From Octopus vulgaris (lineage: Eukaryota): DNA of 64,000 bases. Each line of letters opens with the position of its first letter. The stretch's first letter is position 1. A model generated the notes under the pieces. The model ran no database searches, had not been told where the DNA came from, and saw only the letters and a list, made by a program, of their open reading frames with translations. Below are positions 1 to 14,057 of this stretch, piece by piece. The position numbers and the translations under genes were made by a program. The stretch lies in contig OX597815.1 of the NCBI GenBank assembly GCA_951406725.2, positions 202,182,001 to 202,246,000 on the forward strand, given 5' to 3'.

Positions 1-715
1 AAAATACTGTTAACATTTTTGAAGAGGACTACATTTTGCTACATTTTGGCATAAAACAAATTGAGATTTGGTCCAGTAGAAAAAAAGTTTACATGAACAT
101 TTGTAGCAACGTTATAAGAGTGTAAGTAACGCCTCCAATGGCGATTAGATCTAAATAAAAAACTTTTAAAAAGAAAAGTATATTTAACTTAGCTTTAATG
201 ATACAAGAAATCATGAAGAATTTCATAGTTTCGGTCCCATGTAACAAACCTTTGTATCAAAAAGTGGTGAGGTAAAATATTATGAAAAAATATAAGGCAA
301 AAAAATTGGTTTTAGTATCAATAACTTCCTCATTTCAAAAACAAACTATATTTTAATTAAGCTTAAATGATAGAACTCAATTCAAGGTATTTCATGGTAT
401 CAGTCTCATGCAATGAAGCTTTAAAAGAAAAGAAATTATGAGTATTTGTTTCTCAAATTTGAGGATGAGAATATAGTTGTATACTGTTTTATGAGTATTG
501 TTCTATAAGGGGACTTATGTCAACGGCATCATTCCGGTAAGAAAAAATTAACAATGACACCGATAATGACACATTCGACGCATTATTAATTAGCATTATA
601 TGTTAGCCTGGAAAAAAGACCCCTACTATACTGTGTAATCAATAAAATCAAAAACAAACAATGCCATGAGTGAAATTATAAGTATAAAATGGCGACAACT
701 TACACGTCGCATACT

Positions 716-722
716 GTGTGTG

Positions 723-770
<48 letters not shown>

Positions 771-848
771 TATATGTGTGTGTGTTTGTGTATGTATAAT
801 ATATATATACATACATACATACACTCACACACACTCACACACATACAA
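716..848. repeat. Compound (TA)n/(TG)n/(CA)n microsatellite
   Basis: Directly visible dinucleotide runs; explains ORFs 626..844, 666..851 and 718..918. Confidence 0.95.
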
Positions 849-2149
849 TAGTATTGAATGTTCTACAGATCGAGGTGCAGTAGATTTCCATTTTTTATAT
901 TACTATTCGTGTGCCTGATCACGTGGCCAAGTTGATGAAAGAAGATGTTTTTAGATTTTCCCTTGATTCATGTTCTAAGGAAAGAAAATGCGTTTTTGCG
1001 AACTTCACAAAAAGTTAGTAATATCAGTAGATTAGTCATATCAGTAGGCGCAATAAAAGCTCGTGATAAAATGTTTTACTTTAAATTTTGTTTGATTGAT
1101 TTTATGCGCGGAACGTTTGCTTTTAATAAGCATTGGTATCTTAAGGTTCTTTTTATCCTTATAGTGATTGCTGAAATGCTCCTATTAGATTATTTGAATA
1201 CACAAGATTAATAGTTTAATCCAGGAATCCAAATAAGTGTTAAGTATTAAATGTTAGCGCATGAATACAATAACACGGAATAAGCGTGTTATAAGAGTTA
1301 CGCACATCACAGCGATTCAATTTTATCGAGCATCAATATCACATAACATGAACGGATTACTGAATTCATAACACACAGCATAATCGGATGTCTCAAAAAC
1401 GAACTGTCTCTGTAAAGGATATACATCTTTAGTTGCTTTCTTTCTTTTTAAGAACATGACAGCAATTGCAAAGAAGAGCCATTTGCAAGCAGACTGATAA
1501 AATATCATCCTCTTAGCTATAAATTATCTTAAAAGACAGCTCTAATGATTACCTGAATATTTACTATTATCAAGTCTTCTATTTTGATTAGAAAGGATTA
1601 TTTTTCATATTCTTGGAGTTCCATTTCGTCACATGATTTTATCATAGCCAAAAGCTGCTCGACGGTTTTACAAATTATGAATGGAATCTTTTTCATTGTT
1701 ATTGCTCTGAAAGTATTTCTTTTTATTATTTCGTCGTACATTCTAAAACGTGCTTTGTAAGACAGAACATATTTTGTATTGGTATTTTGCTGTGGATCAG
1801 TCATTCCCAAACAAACATGACCCAGTAAACCTATGTTGAAGACCCTTCTAGCTGTAACCATCTATTTCTCAATTGTTGATTATGTAGCCTACGCTCAGAG
1901 CTACATGTAGAGTCTCTTGTCATTACAAATGTTATACACAATTGTATGACAAAGTTGTACACAATTTACGGACTGATGAATCTTATTTAACAAATATTAC
2001 AAGCTATATACATTAATATTACTAACTACATAAGAAAATTACTAATATACCAATATATGATGTATAGTGTATAATTCTACCACTAAACACATTTTCTGAC
2101 CAGCTAATTCTAATACTAGATATGTCAAGAGATTAATAGTCTTTTTTCT

Positions 2150-2325
2150 ATAACAGCCAAATTCCTGAAACTTTGTGAGAAGAGGACGAATCGATTTCAT
2201 CGATTCCAGTACATGATTGACACGCAGTTCATCGATTCCGAAGGGATGAATGGCAAAGTTGACCTCGGCGAAGTTTGAACTCAGAACGTAACCACGGTCG
2301 ATGTGACGCTAAGCATTTTGCTCGC
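2150..2325 (-). mobile_element. Degraded SINE, family B
   Basis: GGATGAATGGCAAAGTTGACCTCGGCGAAGTTTGAACTCAGAACGTAA is the reverse complement of the core of the intact copy at 50337. Confidence 0.8.
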
Positions 2326-5300
2326 TAAGCGACTTGGGTACCTAAGCGATTAGGGTAACTATTCATACAGGACTACCGCAAACAAAATGAAAGGTTGTCG
2401 TACATTAACACAACCCCCTGCAACCCACATATTGTGTTTTAGAACCTGGTCCGTAACAGGATTTCGAAGCTATCTTCGATTTAGTTTAAATTTCGCTTGA
2501 TTTCCATCAATATTATCAGAGTAATGGCAATTTTACTGAAATTGTTTGTTGAGGATTGTGCATACGTCTATGAGGTACTGTATATGCGTGCATGTTATGT
2601 ATATATGTATGTATTATATGCTTCGGACTTTCGGAGTCGATTTTTCGTTTACCTGCAATCTAACTTTTTGCCTTAATGTCCTTCCTTCTTTCTTTTCGAA
2701 GAAATTGTTTGTGCCCAGGTAAGGAGCTGGACGGAATCAGTTGTGTATTAAAATGTCCAAGAGAAGCCTCTTACAATTCCACTAAGATGTTCAGGTTTGG
2801 ATTCAAAGCAACACATGTGCTCGATTGCATATGACCATCTATATATTAACCTATCTTTAGGAAACATATAAATAATGTTCTGTTGTTTATGGTTTGCCAC
2901 AACTGCAATGTCCTAATTCAATATGCACATGATCAGGGATGTTTTGAGAGTGACAACAATTAAATACGCCATTAGGTCTATCAGTTTCTGATGAAATTAT
3001 TTCTTTCACCTGCCAATGCATAGCCACATCTAGCTGTCAGTTTTCACAAACTGCATTGCTATTTACAACATTGTCGATATTTCGGCACATTATGATTGCA
3101 GTCATCACAGGATTTCAATGATAGTCATATACATTTTACTTATACATTAATCTTGGTCTCAAGGAGTTGACATCGAATTTGAAGCTAGTTACGGAGGAAT
3201 TACATTTCTCATCTATTTTCAGATAGTACTGTCGATTCAACCCCCAGGTCAATGACAAAGGCTTAGTATCTTCTAATGATATTTACAATGTATTGAAGAA
3301 CATTACACAAAATCTGGATACAGTACATAATAAGACAATGCTTCCAACCGAAGGGCTTCTATAAAATTTCCGTGTATACAGTTTCATTGAAAACATATAG
3401 GTTGATCCGAGTTTCAAATAATCGACATTTACAGGATGATGTGCATTTCCTTGGTATATTGCTCAAATATAATTTTATATATCTCTTGTGTAATTTATCA
3501 TACATAACCATTTATATATAATGTGATTCAAGGTAACGTGTTACTGAATCATTTGCAACCAATATTAAACAGAAGCTATATAAATATATTCGAAACCAGT
3601 ACTTCGTAGTTACAAAGGAAATTTGTTAAGCATCTGCCATACTGCGCATTATTATGAAATAATGATTATAGGAAACTGCAGCAGCACTCCATATCACCAA
3701 AGTAATTCTCCTAGCGTTACTACTATTGTTATTGGTACTCTGAGTAATCATAATGCTTACTACCTTGCTTCATGACTATCTACCTCACGCAATACGCGTA
3801 ATTTTGCATATGGTTAATCATTAGTTAGTCTTCCTGAAAAATCCCAATAAATTTGTTTTCTGGAATACATTGATCTGAATTGCAGTGCCGTCCCACTTTG
3901 GAAGTGCTTACAAATTGCAAGCTAACTGCATTGGCATAATTAGACTGTGAAAGAGTTCAAATATTTCGGACGCCGCACTTGTATCTCACACTAACGATTT
4001 CTTAAAATACAAAATAAACAAACTAGTACGTCGATCATAATAAACGTTGTGAACATGCACTTGAACCCGACACTTTACTCACGCCCCTTCCTACTCCCAC
4101 GTACACATAAACACATAATGCATCGCACACAGTAATGCGTACACAGAAACATGCATGTATTTATGTATGATATTTTTATATGTAATATAGAATAACATTA
4201 TATTCCATTGCACATGTATGCGTGCATGTGTGTATATGTGTCTATGTATACATATGTATCTATGTATGTGTGTATGTGTCTCTGTATAGATGTGCAATTC
4301 TGTGTGTAATGTAGCGTAGTGTTTTATTGTAACTTGTGTGCTTTTATTCGGAAATCATATTCATTCGATTAACTGAATACGTCAGTACATCTAATATAAT
4401 TTAAAGGTGGTGTAAGTCAGTCTAAACATTTACATTATAACCAGTAAGTAAATATGATAAATTAAGAACTACTTTAAATACTGCGATGTGTGGGCTTATA
4501 CAGAGAAAATAAATTTGTGAAGCACCTAGAAACTTAATATCGATATCTATGAACGCAGAAACGACCAGTTTATATACAATATTAATTTCAGAGATAAACA
4601 GTTTAACTGATACTGTTACACAGACATTACTGACAGGATATTCTGCAATCTATTTAACGACGTTATCAACTAATACAACGTCATAAGGGAAGCAAACTAA
4701 CGCCTTTTTATTCATTCTGTGTAAATCCTGAGAGATTTCGGTTCAAACATTGATAAGCACAGCATCACCGGGCCGTATTTAAGTCAGGGAATAAATTAAA
4801 AGATACTACCGTCGTAGTATTGATAGGAAATTCTTTCCCTCGAGGAATGGTGTTAGCAAGTTGCAATATGGTTGCATACGTGCTTCAGTAATTTGAATGC
4901 GTAAGCTGTCTTAGCTGCTGGTAGCGGGAAAAGGTGTGCTATGAAAGTACAGCTGCTAGGCTGTCTCAAAACTTGGAAATATTCCAAACTCATGACTCTG
5001 ACAGTAACAGAATTATTGTATCATGGGGTGATTGGAACTGATTGTGAGAATTATATAAAACATCAAGTAAAGAATAAAAATTGCTTTATTTCTTCGTCTT
5101 ATTTTGCTTTTTTATGCTACCTGAAATCTAAGCATTTTTTATGCAAGGGTAAGAAATATGTTTACGTACCATCTTAAATGTAAGAAATATATGTATAGTT
5201 ACATTAATATTTCTTAGTAGTTATATTGGCCTTTCTAATGATAGAATATAATGCCGTGACTCCAACCTCTTCGAATTATGCAATAATTAGTTTGCACGAC

Positions 5301-5526
5301 GCTTGAAGTTTGTCTGTTCCTGTTCTTCTGTGTCATAAATTGCGTGATCCTATTAATGAAAACAACGTTTCTTATACATAGACTTTTACATGCATGTGCA
5401 TGTTTCTTATAGACTTAAGCATACGTATGGGTGAAGATATGCTGACATAGCGCTCGCTTTAGTTTGTCTGCACATTTGTACGATTCAACTAACAATAGTT
5501 TTTCTATGTATGAAGAGCACGTTAAG

Positions 5527-5570
<44 letters not shown>

Positions 5571-5685
5571 CACGTGACACGTGACCGACCAGACCATCAG
5601 ATGTTGTTACACATCGCTGGTCACAATGCGTTCGCATTGTTTTAGCCTTCGAATGACGCCACCCCGCTGGCTAAGTGAGCAGGCC
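5571..5685 (-). mobile_element. 3' tail fragment of SINE family C (tail type 2)
   Basis: Reverse complement matches 21735-21850 (GGCCTGCTCGCTTAGCCAGCGGGGTGGCGTC...GTCACGTG); embedded in (TA)n. Confidence 0.9.
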
Positions 5686-8531
5686 ATATATATATAATAC
5701 AATACGTTAAAGGCAATTTCATAAATGTTTAATTTAATCTCCTTTCCCTTCTTTAATAGGACGTATATTTGACAAAAAATTTCACTGATGCGTATATGTA
5801 TTAATACAGATATTTACTGCCATATACATTCGTAACATTCCTGATTTTTTATAATATACACAGCTTACCCCACACAGGGTGTCCATAAGTTTAAGACTTT
5901 GAACGTTTGTGGCTGTAGTAAAAGTACTTGTTTCTAAGCAGTTGCAATTCCAAGGATAAATGGTTTTTACGAAATAAATAGAGAAGCATTTCATTGTAAA
6001 AAAAAACAGTTCGAGCGATGCCATGGTTGGTTAGTTATGGATGGGCATATGGGCTTGTTTAGCAAACTGTAAAATATTTTAACTTGTGAAAGAGAAAGCA
6101 GAAAAGTGGATTTGTCTAGCTGATTCACACCTGCTAAACCATTTGCGAATGGTAAGCTACCAACCACACAAAATCTCTGTGTACGATAGTATTGTGTGTT
6201 GGAGCGGTAGTGTCATAAATTTCCATAAACATCTCACTGTTATTGAATGTTACATATTGACCAACATTAAATTATTTTCAGGTCTTGAAGAGAAAAAGAG
6301 CCTAGCTACAAGCCTACAAATGTTTGTCAAGGTTTATACCGGGAATTGTCACGCAAAATGTATATAAATTGGGAAGAAATGTATTTTTATAAATTAATAC
6401 ACCGAAATATAAGTCATGTAAAGTAAAAGTGCAGTACAATTATCTTTTGATGGCTATGAAGCTGAATCTTTTAAATTGTTAAATATGGCAAGTCCGCAAT
6501 ATTCACGCCGTTTGACAATGTTCATGCTAACGTTCAATGCAACATTTCAGGTATGGCAAAGAGTGTTTAAATTACTCGTGAATGTTCCCTGCGCGTTGAA
6601 TTTTATGCAAGATTATAAAAGCAGTTTAGATATATATAGTAATTGTAAATAATTACATGAATTTCGGTTCAGTTTCAAAAATATTAGTTTAGTCTATATA
6701 ATTTAAATTTTGCTATAATAATTCTTTACTGTTTTCATCTTAGGCACATATAGATGTCTTTGTATTTTAGGAACAATCTAATTTGTTAACCGGATACTAT
6801 TAGTGAAATGTTCCGAGAGTCCCTTCCTATTGAACAAATATGGTGTGAATTTTTCGATAGCACTAATATAGACTTAGTCAAATACAGCAAGACTTCCAGA
6901 TCATGGTTACAATTCTCGTTGACCAGCGAATAGAGATAGTGCAGGTTGTGCAAAGCATGCTGTAACCGGGGACAGCTTTGGTATATACACTGTCCACTTT
7001 TAGAAGCAAATGTGACATGGTTGCTGATAATGAACCAACTATCACAGGAAGTTCTCTAACTCTGGATTCAGGAATTAATTTACCGGCAATGGAGAGATGC
7101 AGTTAATAATAATGAATGGCGTATCCTTTTGAAAATTTAAACTGAGAGTACCTGGTAAAGTTCGGTGTTTAAATATGATAGTACTTGTCAAAATAGTTGT
7201 TCAAATGTATTGAAGTGGTGTACAGAAAAGGCGTCCAACATCTTACCATAGGAATTGCGTATGCCCATTTCTTCTACGTTATGCCGTCATTAAGAGTGCG
7301 TTGTTTGTGCTAAGATGCGTGATTTAAAAAACAGCAACGTTGCACATTGTTAGATGGGCACATAAAGTTGAGCCACAGTGTTTCTACTCCAAAATAATGC
7401 TCAGAACGGCAGCAGCCGAGGCGCGCTACCTGTGTCAGTGAAGTTTGACTGGTATTTAGGTGACAGTCGGCCGACTGTGCTACCATGTTCAAGTAAGATG
7501 CAAGTGATTTATTTTTTCACAAACAACAGTACACTTAGCTGAATTTCTACAACGCATAACTATGTCACAAATTTCGATAACGCCGCTCATTTACAATCTA
7601 TCCGACAGGTTTCCACACTGTTCATGTAAACAATATTACTCAGAAAGTTAGCGTCTATAGGAGAAGAAACAAACGAACTCGTAACATGTGTACTACACAG
7701 ACAAATTGTACTCAACACTTATCAAAGATCGGCAATCTTTGCCCCTCAACCACTATCAAAATCAGTATGGCCTTAGTGAAATCTGAGAGTAGAGGAGGAC
7801 CAAAATGCTATACTGTTTCAGGGTTATTTGGTCCACTAATATATATGGAACTTTCAGAAGGTTTTACTCGGCAGTTTTACCGACAATTTTCTAATATGAG
7901 ATGAAATCTACCATCAAGGTTATACTGTGATGTCTTCCTGTACAAGATGGCTGTACGATGACGATACTAGCGCAAACCCAGCTATCATCCGAGTTGATCG
8001 TGCTAATCGACCCACTGATTTCATTTAGCTAGGTATGGCAAGATTATATTCTACGCTGTGCTTGATATCAAATAACAGAATGGTGGAAAATATCGAAACT
8101 GCAGACAAATAATTTCCACTCTTACCCATGTCTTAGCGACAGTCTGAGTTTTGATTTGGAGAAAACAAATAAGAATATTAGAAGCTACTTTCTCCTGCCC
8201 TGATTTGAGGAATTAGTGAGATGACCAACATAAATGAATCTGCTTTAATCGTACATGTATAGAATGAAGGGCACGTTTGTGTTCTCCGCTCTACAACGTA
8301 ATGCTCGACCTGTGGTATTTACAGTAATTCAGGATAAGTTGGGAGTTCTTTGACTGGCTTTATGTAGAACTTTTACTATTAGAATCTCATTTAGCAAACG
8401 TTTGAATATTTTGTTTTCTCTACCCTTGTTTAGTTTTTATCAGATTGAGAAAACACACTAAGCTCTCTGTAATTTATTTACTGATGACCAGTTAATACTG
8501 CACATGCTTAACAAAAACAAAATATTATATA

Positions 8532-9406
8532 CGAGGTTGTATCAAAACGTTCTCGAACTAGTTATGTTTAATAAAAAAAAGAGCTTATTTAACTACGTTT
8601 TAACATTATTTTCTTCGATATAGTCATCATACACAACAATACACTGGTCCCAGCATTTCTATCACTTTTGGATCCGGCCTGGAAGTCGTAGGACTTTCTG
8701 CGATTCACCCTTGTTCTCGACAATGGTGTTAAAAGGGCAACCTTTGCGCTGCATTTTCATCTTATGCAAAAGATGGAAGTCCGCAGGTACTAAATCTGAC
8801 GTATAAGTCGGATGCAGGAGCGATAGCATGTTGCTTTTGGCGAGAGACTCACGAGTGAGGAGAACTCGGTAATAGGTTGCATTGTCTTTGTACAAAATGC
8901 AATTCTTCGCGCTCCACAGATACGATCGCTTTCACCGAATGTCCTCTTTCAAACGCTTTGATACGTCATTGATCTTGAATACGTCCGACGATCTTCATGC
9001 ACAAGCTGATGAATTTCCTCCACATTTCCTGGGGTGGCACACTTGGCAGGTCTTCCAGAACGCTCATCGTCTTTCAGAGATGTTCTTCTGATTTTGAAGC
9101 GCCTGTGCCACTCCAAACATTGTGTATCACCAATCGCCACGTCGCTGTAAACTTGCCGGAGCTTCGTGAATGTCTTCGTAGCAGACGTCCCAGGTTTAAC
9201 GCAAATGTTCACGTTGATGCTTTGTTCCCACTTCCTGTACATGACAACAATTGCAGACTAGACTACAGCATACACGTGATCACAAATAACGATGTCACTT
9301 GACATACTGCCTCCTGAAGGTCACTGCTACCTCTAACTGTGCACACAACCGCGTGCTAACACCTGTTGGCGCGCTACAGAATTAGCCCAAGAACATTTCG
9401 ATACCA
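8532..9406 (-). mobile_element. Internally deleted mariner (D,D34D) transposon with transposase pseudogene
   Basis: ORF 8949..9242 gives the mariner N-terminal HTH (..EWHRRFK..DDERSGRP..EDRR). ORF 8662..8895 gives DNA-x-HPTYTSDLVPADF with 34 residues between the two Asp. Left end is TA+CGAGGTTGTATCAAAACGTTCTCGAACTAGTT, with a degenerate inverted copy at 9380-9406 (20/27 identical by eye). Confidence 0.93.
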
Positions 9407-9556
9407 AAAGCTAATTGATTTCCTATATCGACAGCTACTTGCTTTCGGATAACAGCAGGTACTTGTTTTCTAAAATAATTCATATACAACAATAACAATG
9501 TACTAGGGTGGTATATATATATACTATATATAAATGCTCAATATTTATTTATCTAT

Positions 9557-9587
<31 letters not shown>

Positions 9588-9780
9588 TTTTGAAAACTGC
9601 ACTCTAACGTTGCTGCGATTTAAAGACACTTTCCAGTAGTTGTATAAGGATGAATGAATACATATATTTATTATTTAACATGTAACACGTGCGTCATATA
9701 TTCGTGCACGTATTTGTAAACTTCATACTATGTGTAAATTTATATAGATTCTATATATATTTACACATAATATAACTTAC

Positions 9781-9823
<43 letters not shown>
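9781..9823. repeat. (GATA)n microsatellite; an (ATTT)n run lies at about 9545-9590
   Basis: Directly visible. Confidence 0.95.
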
Positions 9824-10319
9824 GCCATATACACGCACACATGTATGTACACACACACACACATTTACACAAACATAGAAATAAAGATTTATATACGGCT
9901 GTGTAAGAGTGCAAACTTGTGAGAATATGTGTATATATCTAGTTAAGTATTTTCATTTTCCCTTGTTTTCGTTTCAAAAAAGTATTCAAATTAAACAATA
10001 TTCTGGTATTGAAAACAAACTACTAGAGAAGATTATAATATTGATTACACGTTTGTGTATATATTTTTCAAAATTAATCTATCAATCAATCTTGACATTA
10101 AGAAAAAAAGGGCTGATTAAAAATGCATGCGAATACCACACCAAGTTGAATATTGTTAACTACTTGATCGATAGGTATTGCTGTCCAATTTCATTTCAAG
10201 TAGTTAAATTTTTGATATATATTTGTAATGTTAGCAAAGTTCTAATAAATATAAGAATTCCTTATATATATTCTAAAGTTGCACGATATATTTTCCTACA
10301 GCTCTTTCTTTCCCCTACC

Positions 10320-10411
10320 TTGTTGTTGTTGTTGTTGTTGTTCTTCTTCTTCTTCTTCTTCTTCTTCTTCTTCTTCTTCTTCTTCTTCTTCTTCTCCTTC
10401 TTCTTCTTCTC
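10320..10411. repeat. (TTG)n(TTC)n microsatellite
   Basis: Directly visible; explains the poly-L/F/S/R ORFs. Confidence 0.95.
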
Positions 10412-10464
10412 CTTCTTACTTTAATGCTAGTCGTAGTATTATTAATATTATTAATGCTAAGTCG

Positions 10465-10860
10465 TTGGGCTGACAGAATCTTTAGCACGCTTCGCGGCAT
10501 TTCATCAGTTTTTTACTGTCTGGAGTTGGCTTTGCCTTTTACCCTCCCGGGGTGAATAAAATAATTACACGTTGAATCCCTCTCCTAAAATGCTGGCCTT
10601 GTGTCAAAATTTGAAATCAGTATTATTATTAATGCTGTTGTTGTCGTTATTCTTATATTGTAGTTCTAGTTGCTGTCAAAATTTATTTTCTCATATTTCT
10701 TCTAATTCTTTACATTCTGAGCTCAAATCTAACCGAAGTTAACTTTGACTTTTTATTGTGTCGGGTGATGAAATAATGCATCACTAAAGTTATGGAGCTG
10801 ATGTCATCGGATAGTATCTTACTTTGAAATAGTTGGCCTTATGCTAATATTTAAAAGAAT
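10465..10860 (+). mobile_element. Two heavily decayed SINE family B copies
   Basis: GCTGACAGAATCTTTAGCACG..., TGCTGGCCTTGTGTCAAAATTTGAAA and ACATTCTGAGCTCAAATCTAACCGAAGTTAACTTTG resemble family B. Confidence 0.6.
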
Positions 10861-10921
10861 GGGGGAGCGGTTGTGTTGGCCGTCGGGGTCATTATCATCG
10901 TCATCTTCATCATTATTATTA

Positions 10922-11797
10922 TGGTTCCTTCCTAACAGTGTAGGTAAGTCCCATCAAGGACCTCAGACAGATAATACTTTCCTTAAGATGTGCGTTGTGC
11001 TCAATATGACTGCTTTTTGCAAGGCATCAATCTTGCATTGGATTTCCAGTTGCCTCAAGAAGCTTTGAAGTTTCAATGGGATTGAGCCCAACGCGCCGAT
11101 CACCACAGGTATCTCTTTTACATTATCCTCTCGCATTCCATACAGCCTTGCCATTTCCACTTTCAGTTCGGAGAACTTGGTGATTTTTTCAGCCTCTTTA
11201 CTCATAACATTCATGTCATTTGGTATGGCTACATCAATGATCTGACAGTATTTGTCTCCCTTATTCAATATGACAATATCGGGCCGATGGTGTTCGATTA
11301 GACGATCCGTCTGAAAATCATACTCACAGAGTATCGTTACTTTTCCATCCTCCTGCATAATTTTACTTGGTACATGCTCATACCAGTTCTCTGTTACTTC
11401 ATATTGGTATTTACGGAATAAGAACCATTGAAGATACGCACAAATTTTATCGTGGCGGCGCTTGTATTCTTTTTATGCAAGGTTCTAAAATCTACCTAAT
11501 AAGATGGTCACATTTACCACACTCTTTCTACAGAGTCTGCATTTCTGGGTGTCAGAAGCTTTATAGATGTTATACTTCACTGAATTGGTAGCGGAAGCTT
11601 GGTCTTGTGCAGCAATGATCGGGCTTTTGGTGGTACGCTTCAAATCACCTCGCTCAAGCCATGCCCATGATGCGGTATTATACTTAACGTCTTGTGTATT
11701 CCTTTCAAACTATCCATGCATTCTCATTTCAAGATCTTCTTTTACCTTCTCCTCAGTTGTTTGGTTAACCTCTTCGTTGCCCATTATTTCATCTGCA
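10922..11797 (-). mobile_element. 5'-truncated Dong/R4-type non-LTR retrotransposon (restriction-like endonuclease)
   Basis: ORF 10963..11358: QTDRLIEHHRPDIV..IIDVAIP..KEAEKITKF..PVVIGALG..ILRKVLSV. The upstream part is frameshifted and includes LIIAAQDQA on the minus strand. Bounded by ATT/CAT repeats on both sides. Confidence 0.92.
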
Positions 11798-11821
11798 TTT
11801 ATTATTATTATTATTATTATA

Positions 11822-11899
<78 letters not shown>

Positions 11900-11952
11900 A
11901 TTATTATTATTATTATCATCATAATCATCATGATCATCATCATCATCATCAA
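11798..11952. repeat. (ATT)n(CAT)n microsatellite
   Basis: Directly visible. Confidence 0.97.
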
Positions 11953-12424
11953 TAATATTAATACGCCAACTTGTTCTTTTTGTACTGTGGTGTTTGGCAC
12001 GCTTCAAAGGAAGAAGGGAGTGGAAAAGCGAGAGAGGAAGACAGGGATGAAGTATGAGAGAAAGAAAGAGAGTGAGATAGAAAGAGTGAAAAAGAGAGTG
12101 ATGGAGAGAGAAAGAGATAGTGAGTGGTGACTGTTTGTTATGTGTTTTCAAATGTTTATTACATCGCAAGAAAAGTAGATACATAAACCGAAAGAAAAGT
12201 TGATACAGAGATACATACACATATTGTTAAATTAAAATCGGGAGAGAGGGTGGACGCAGAGGAAGTGAGAGAGAAAGAGTGAATGTGAGAGAGAGAGTAG
12301 ATACATAGATCGAAGGAAAAGTTGATACGCAGATATATACACACATTGTTAAATCAAAGACAAATAACTACAGCAAATATTGGATGCTTCTTTCACTTTT
12401 TATTACCGCATGTAGATAAAATTA

Positions 12425-12585
12425 ACTTGCAAGTGGTTGAGTTCTCCACAGACATGTATATTATAAACATAGTTCCCAGAGAGATTCAGCGTCAAACAGA
12501 ATATGACAAGGCTGGCCCCTTGAATTACAGCTACAAATTATTTTGGTCAGCTGAGCAGACTGAAACAAAATATATATTGAAGTGG
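12425..12585 (-). mobile_element. Decayed fragment related to the SINE family C tail type 1
   Basis: CTCCACAGACA..GATTCAGCGT..GACAAGGCTGGCCCCTTGAATTACAG is the reverse complement of 35975-36075. Confidence 0.75.
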
Positions 12586-12814
12586 TTGGAAGAAAAGGAA
12601 AAAAGATCCTATATAAGAGCAGGAAAATCTTTCTCGTCGTTAGGGCCACAGTGGGTGCTAATTTGTTCCTAACAGCAGCATATGTGGGTCTCACAGATCT
12701 GGTGGCCAATCCCCCAGATAAACACCGATGCATAGGCTGTTATTACCAAACTGAGATTACAAGGCGGAATGGCAACTATTTCACTGCTTCTACTAAACAC
12801 CTGACATTTTTATA

Positions 12815-13048
12815 TATATTATGTCTGTATGTTTGTGTCCAAATACCACCACCACCACCATTGTTTGACAACCGATTTTGATGTGTTTCCGTACCCGTAA
12901 CATAGCTGTTCAGCAGAGGAGACTGATAGAATAAGCACCAGGTTTGGCTTACAGGGAATAGATCCAGGGGTCGATTTCTTCGACGACATGGCGGTGCTCC
13001 AGCATTGCCACTGTCAAATGACTGAAGCAATTAAAAGAATAAAAGAAT
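12815..13048 (+). mobile_element. 3' half of SINE family A
   Basis: TTGACAACCGAT..GATAGAATAAG..GGGGTCGATTT..GGCGGTGCTCCAGCAT..GTCAAATGACTGAA, as in 40820-41000. Confidence 0.85.
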
Positions 13049-13324
13049 CCCAGAGGAACATTCCGTGCCACTAAACCAAGAAGGTTTTTGAACCTGTTCA
13101 ACGTATTTTAAGGCTATATAGTAATTCTGTTTACGTTTGCGCAGCTGAGATATTTTCGTTAGGTTATATAGTTAACGATTTTACGTACCTTTCTATATTC
13201 TGTAAGTGTCACAATATACAAACATTTCTCATGGCACCAGCACATAATTTACATATATTTACATCTTTTAGATTTTTCGTGAATTTGTCACGGGTTCAGC
13301 TAGATTTCTTATTAGTTATTATTA

Positions 13325-13490
13325 TTTCGTCCGCCGCTACGTACTGAGTTCAAATTCTACCTATGTCAACTTTGCTTTTCATCCGGTTGGGGTTGATGAA
13401 ATAAGTACCACTTTCACACTGGGGCCATTGTAATCGACTTAACCCCTTCCACCAGACTTGTTGCCCTGTGCTTGTAGTAAAACGAATGAT
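13325..13490 (+). mobile_element. SINE family B, 5'-truncated
   Basis: TTTCGTCCGCCGCTACGTACTGAGTTCAAATT..GATGAAATAAGTACCA..GTAATCGACTTAA, running into (ATT)n. Confidence 0.8.
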
Positions 13491-13510
13491 TATTAATATT
13501 ATTATTATTA

Positions 13511-13583
<73 letters not shown>

Positions 13584-13587
<4 letters not shown>

Positions 13588-13980
13588 TAGTTTTATTTTT
13601 ATAGCGTGCTTTCACTTCACTACCGAGCGCAGCTCTGTGTGCCTTGGGTATGTGCTGTGATTTGTTGTGATGCTCTGATGGTTATTGTATGGAAAGTGTT
13701 CTGCGTAGGATGTGTGCAGTGCCTAGTAGTGCAATTTTATGTATGTTATGTGTGTTTGTAAGTCCTGGTGTTTTTGTTATGTATTTGTCTGAATATTTTT
13801 TTATCATGCCTAATGCACCTACTATGATAGGAATTGTTTCTGTTTTCAGATTCCACATTCTAGTTATCTCTATTTCCAGGTCTTTGTATTTTGAGAGTTT
13901 CTCCATTTCTTTTAGAGACACGTTGTCATCTGCCGGTATTGATACATCAATTAGAAAGCATTTTTTTTCTTCATGATCTC
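13584..13980 (-). mobile_element. Short 3' end of a Dong/R4-type LINE inside an (ATT)n tract
   Basis: ORF 13682..13921: KEMEKLSKYKDLEIEITRMWNLKT..PIIVGALG..HILRRTLSIQ. Pure (ATT)n on both sides (13495-13583 and 13983-14056). Confidence 0.93.
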
Positions 13981-14055
<75 letters not shown>

Positions 14056-14057
14056 CA

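Noticed and set aside
179-430. Weak ~170-bp-spaced similarity (179-262 versus 348-430)
   Set aside because: Low identity in very AT-rich DNA; significance cannot be judged by eye.
5873-5900. CAGGGTGTCCATAAG resembling a Tc1/mariner TIR start
   Set aside because: No partner inverted repeat or transposase remnant was found.
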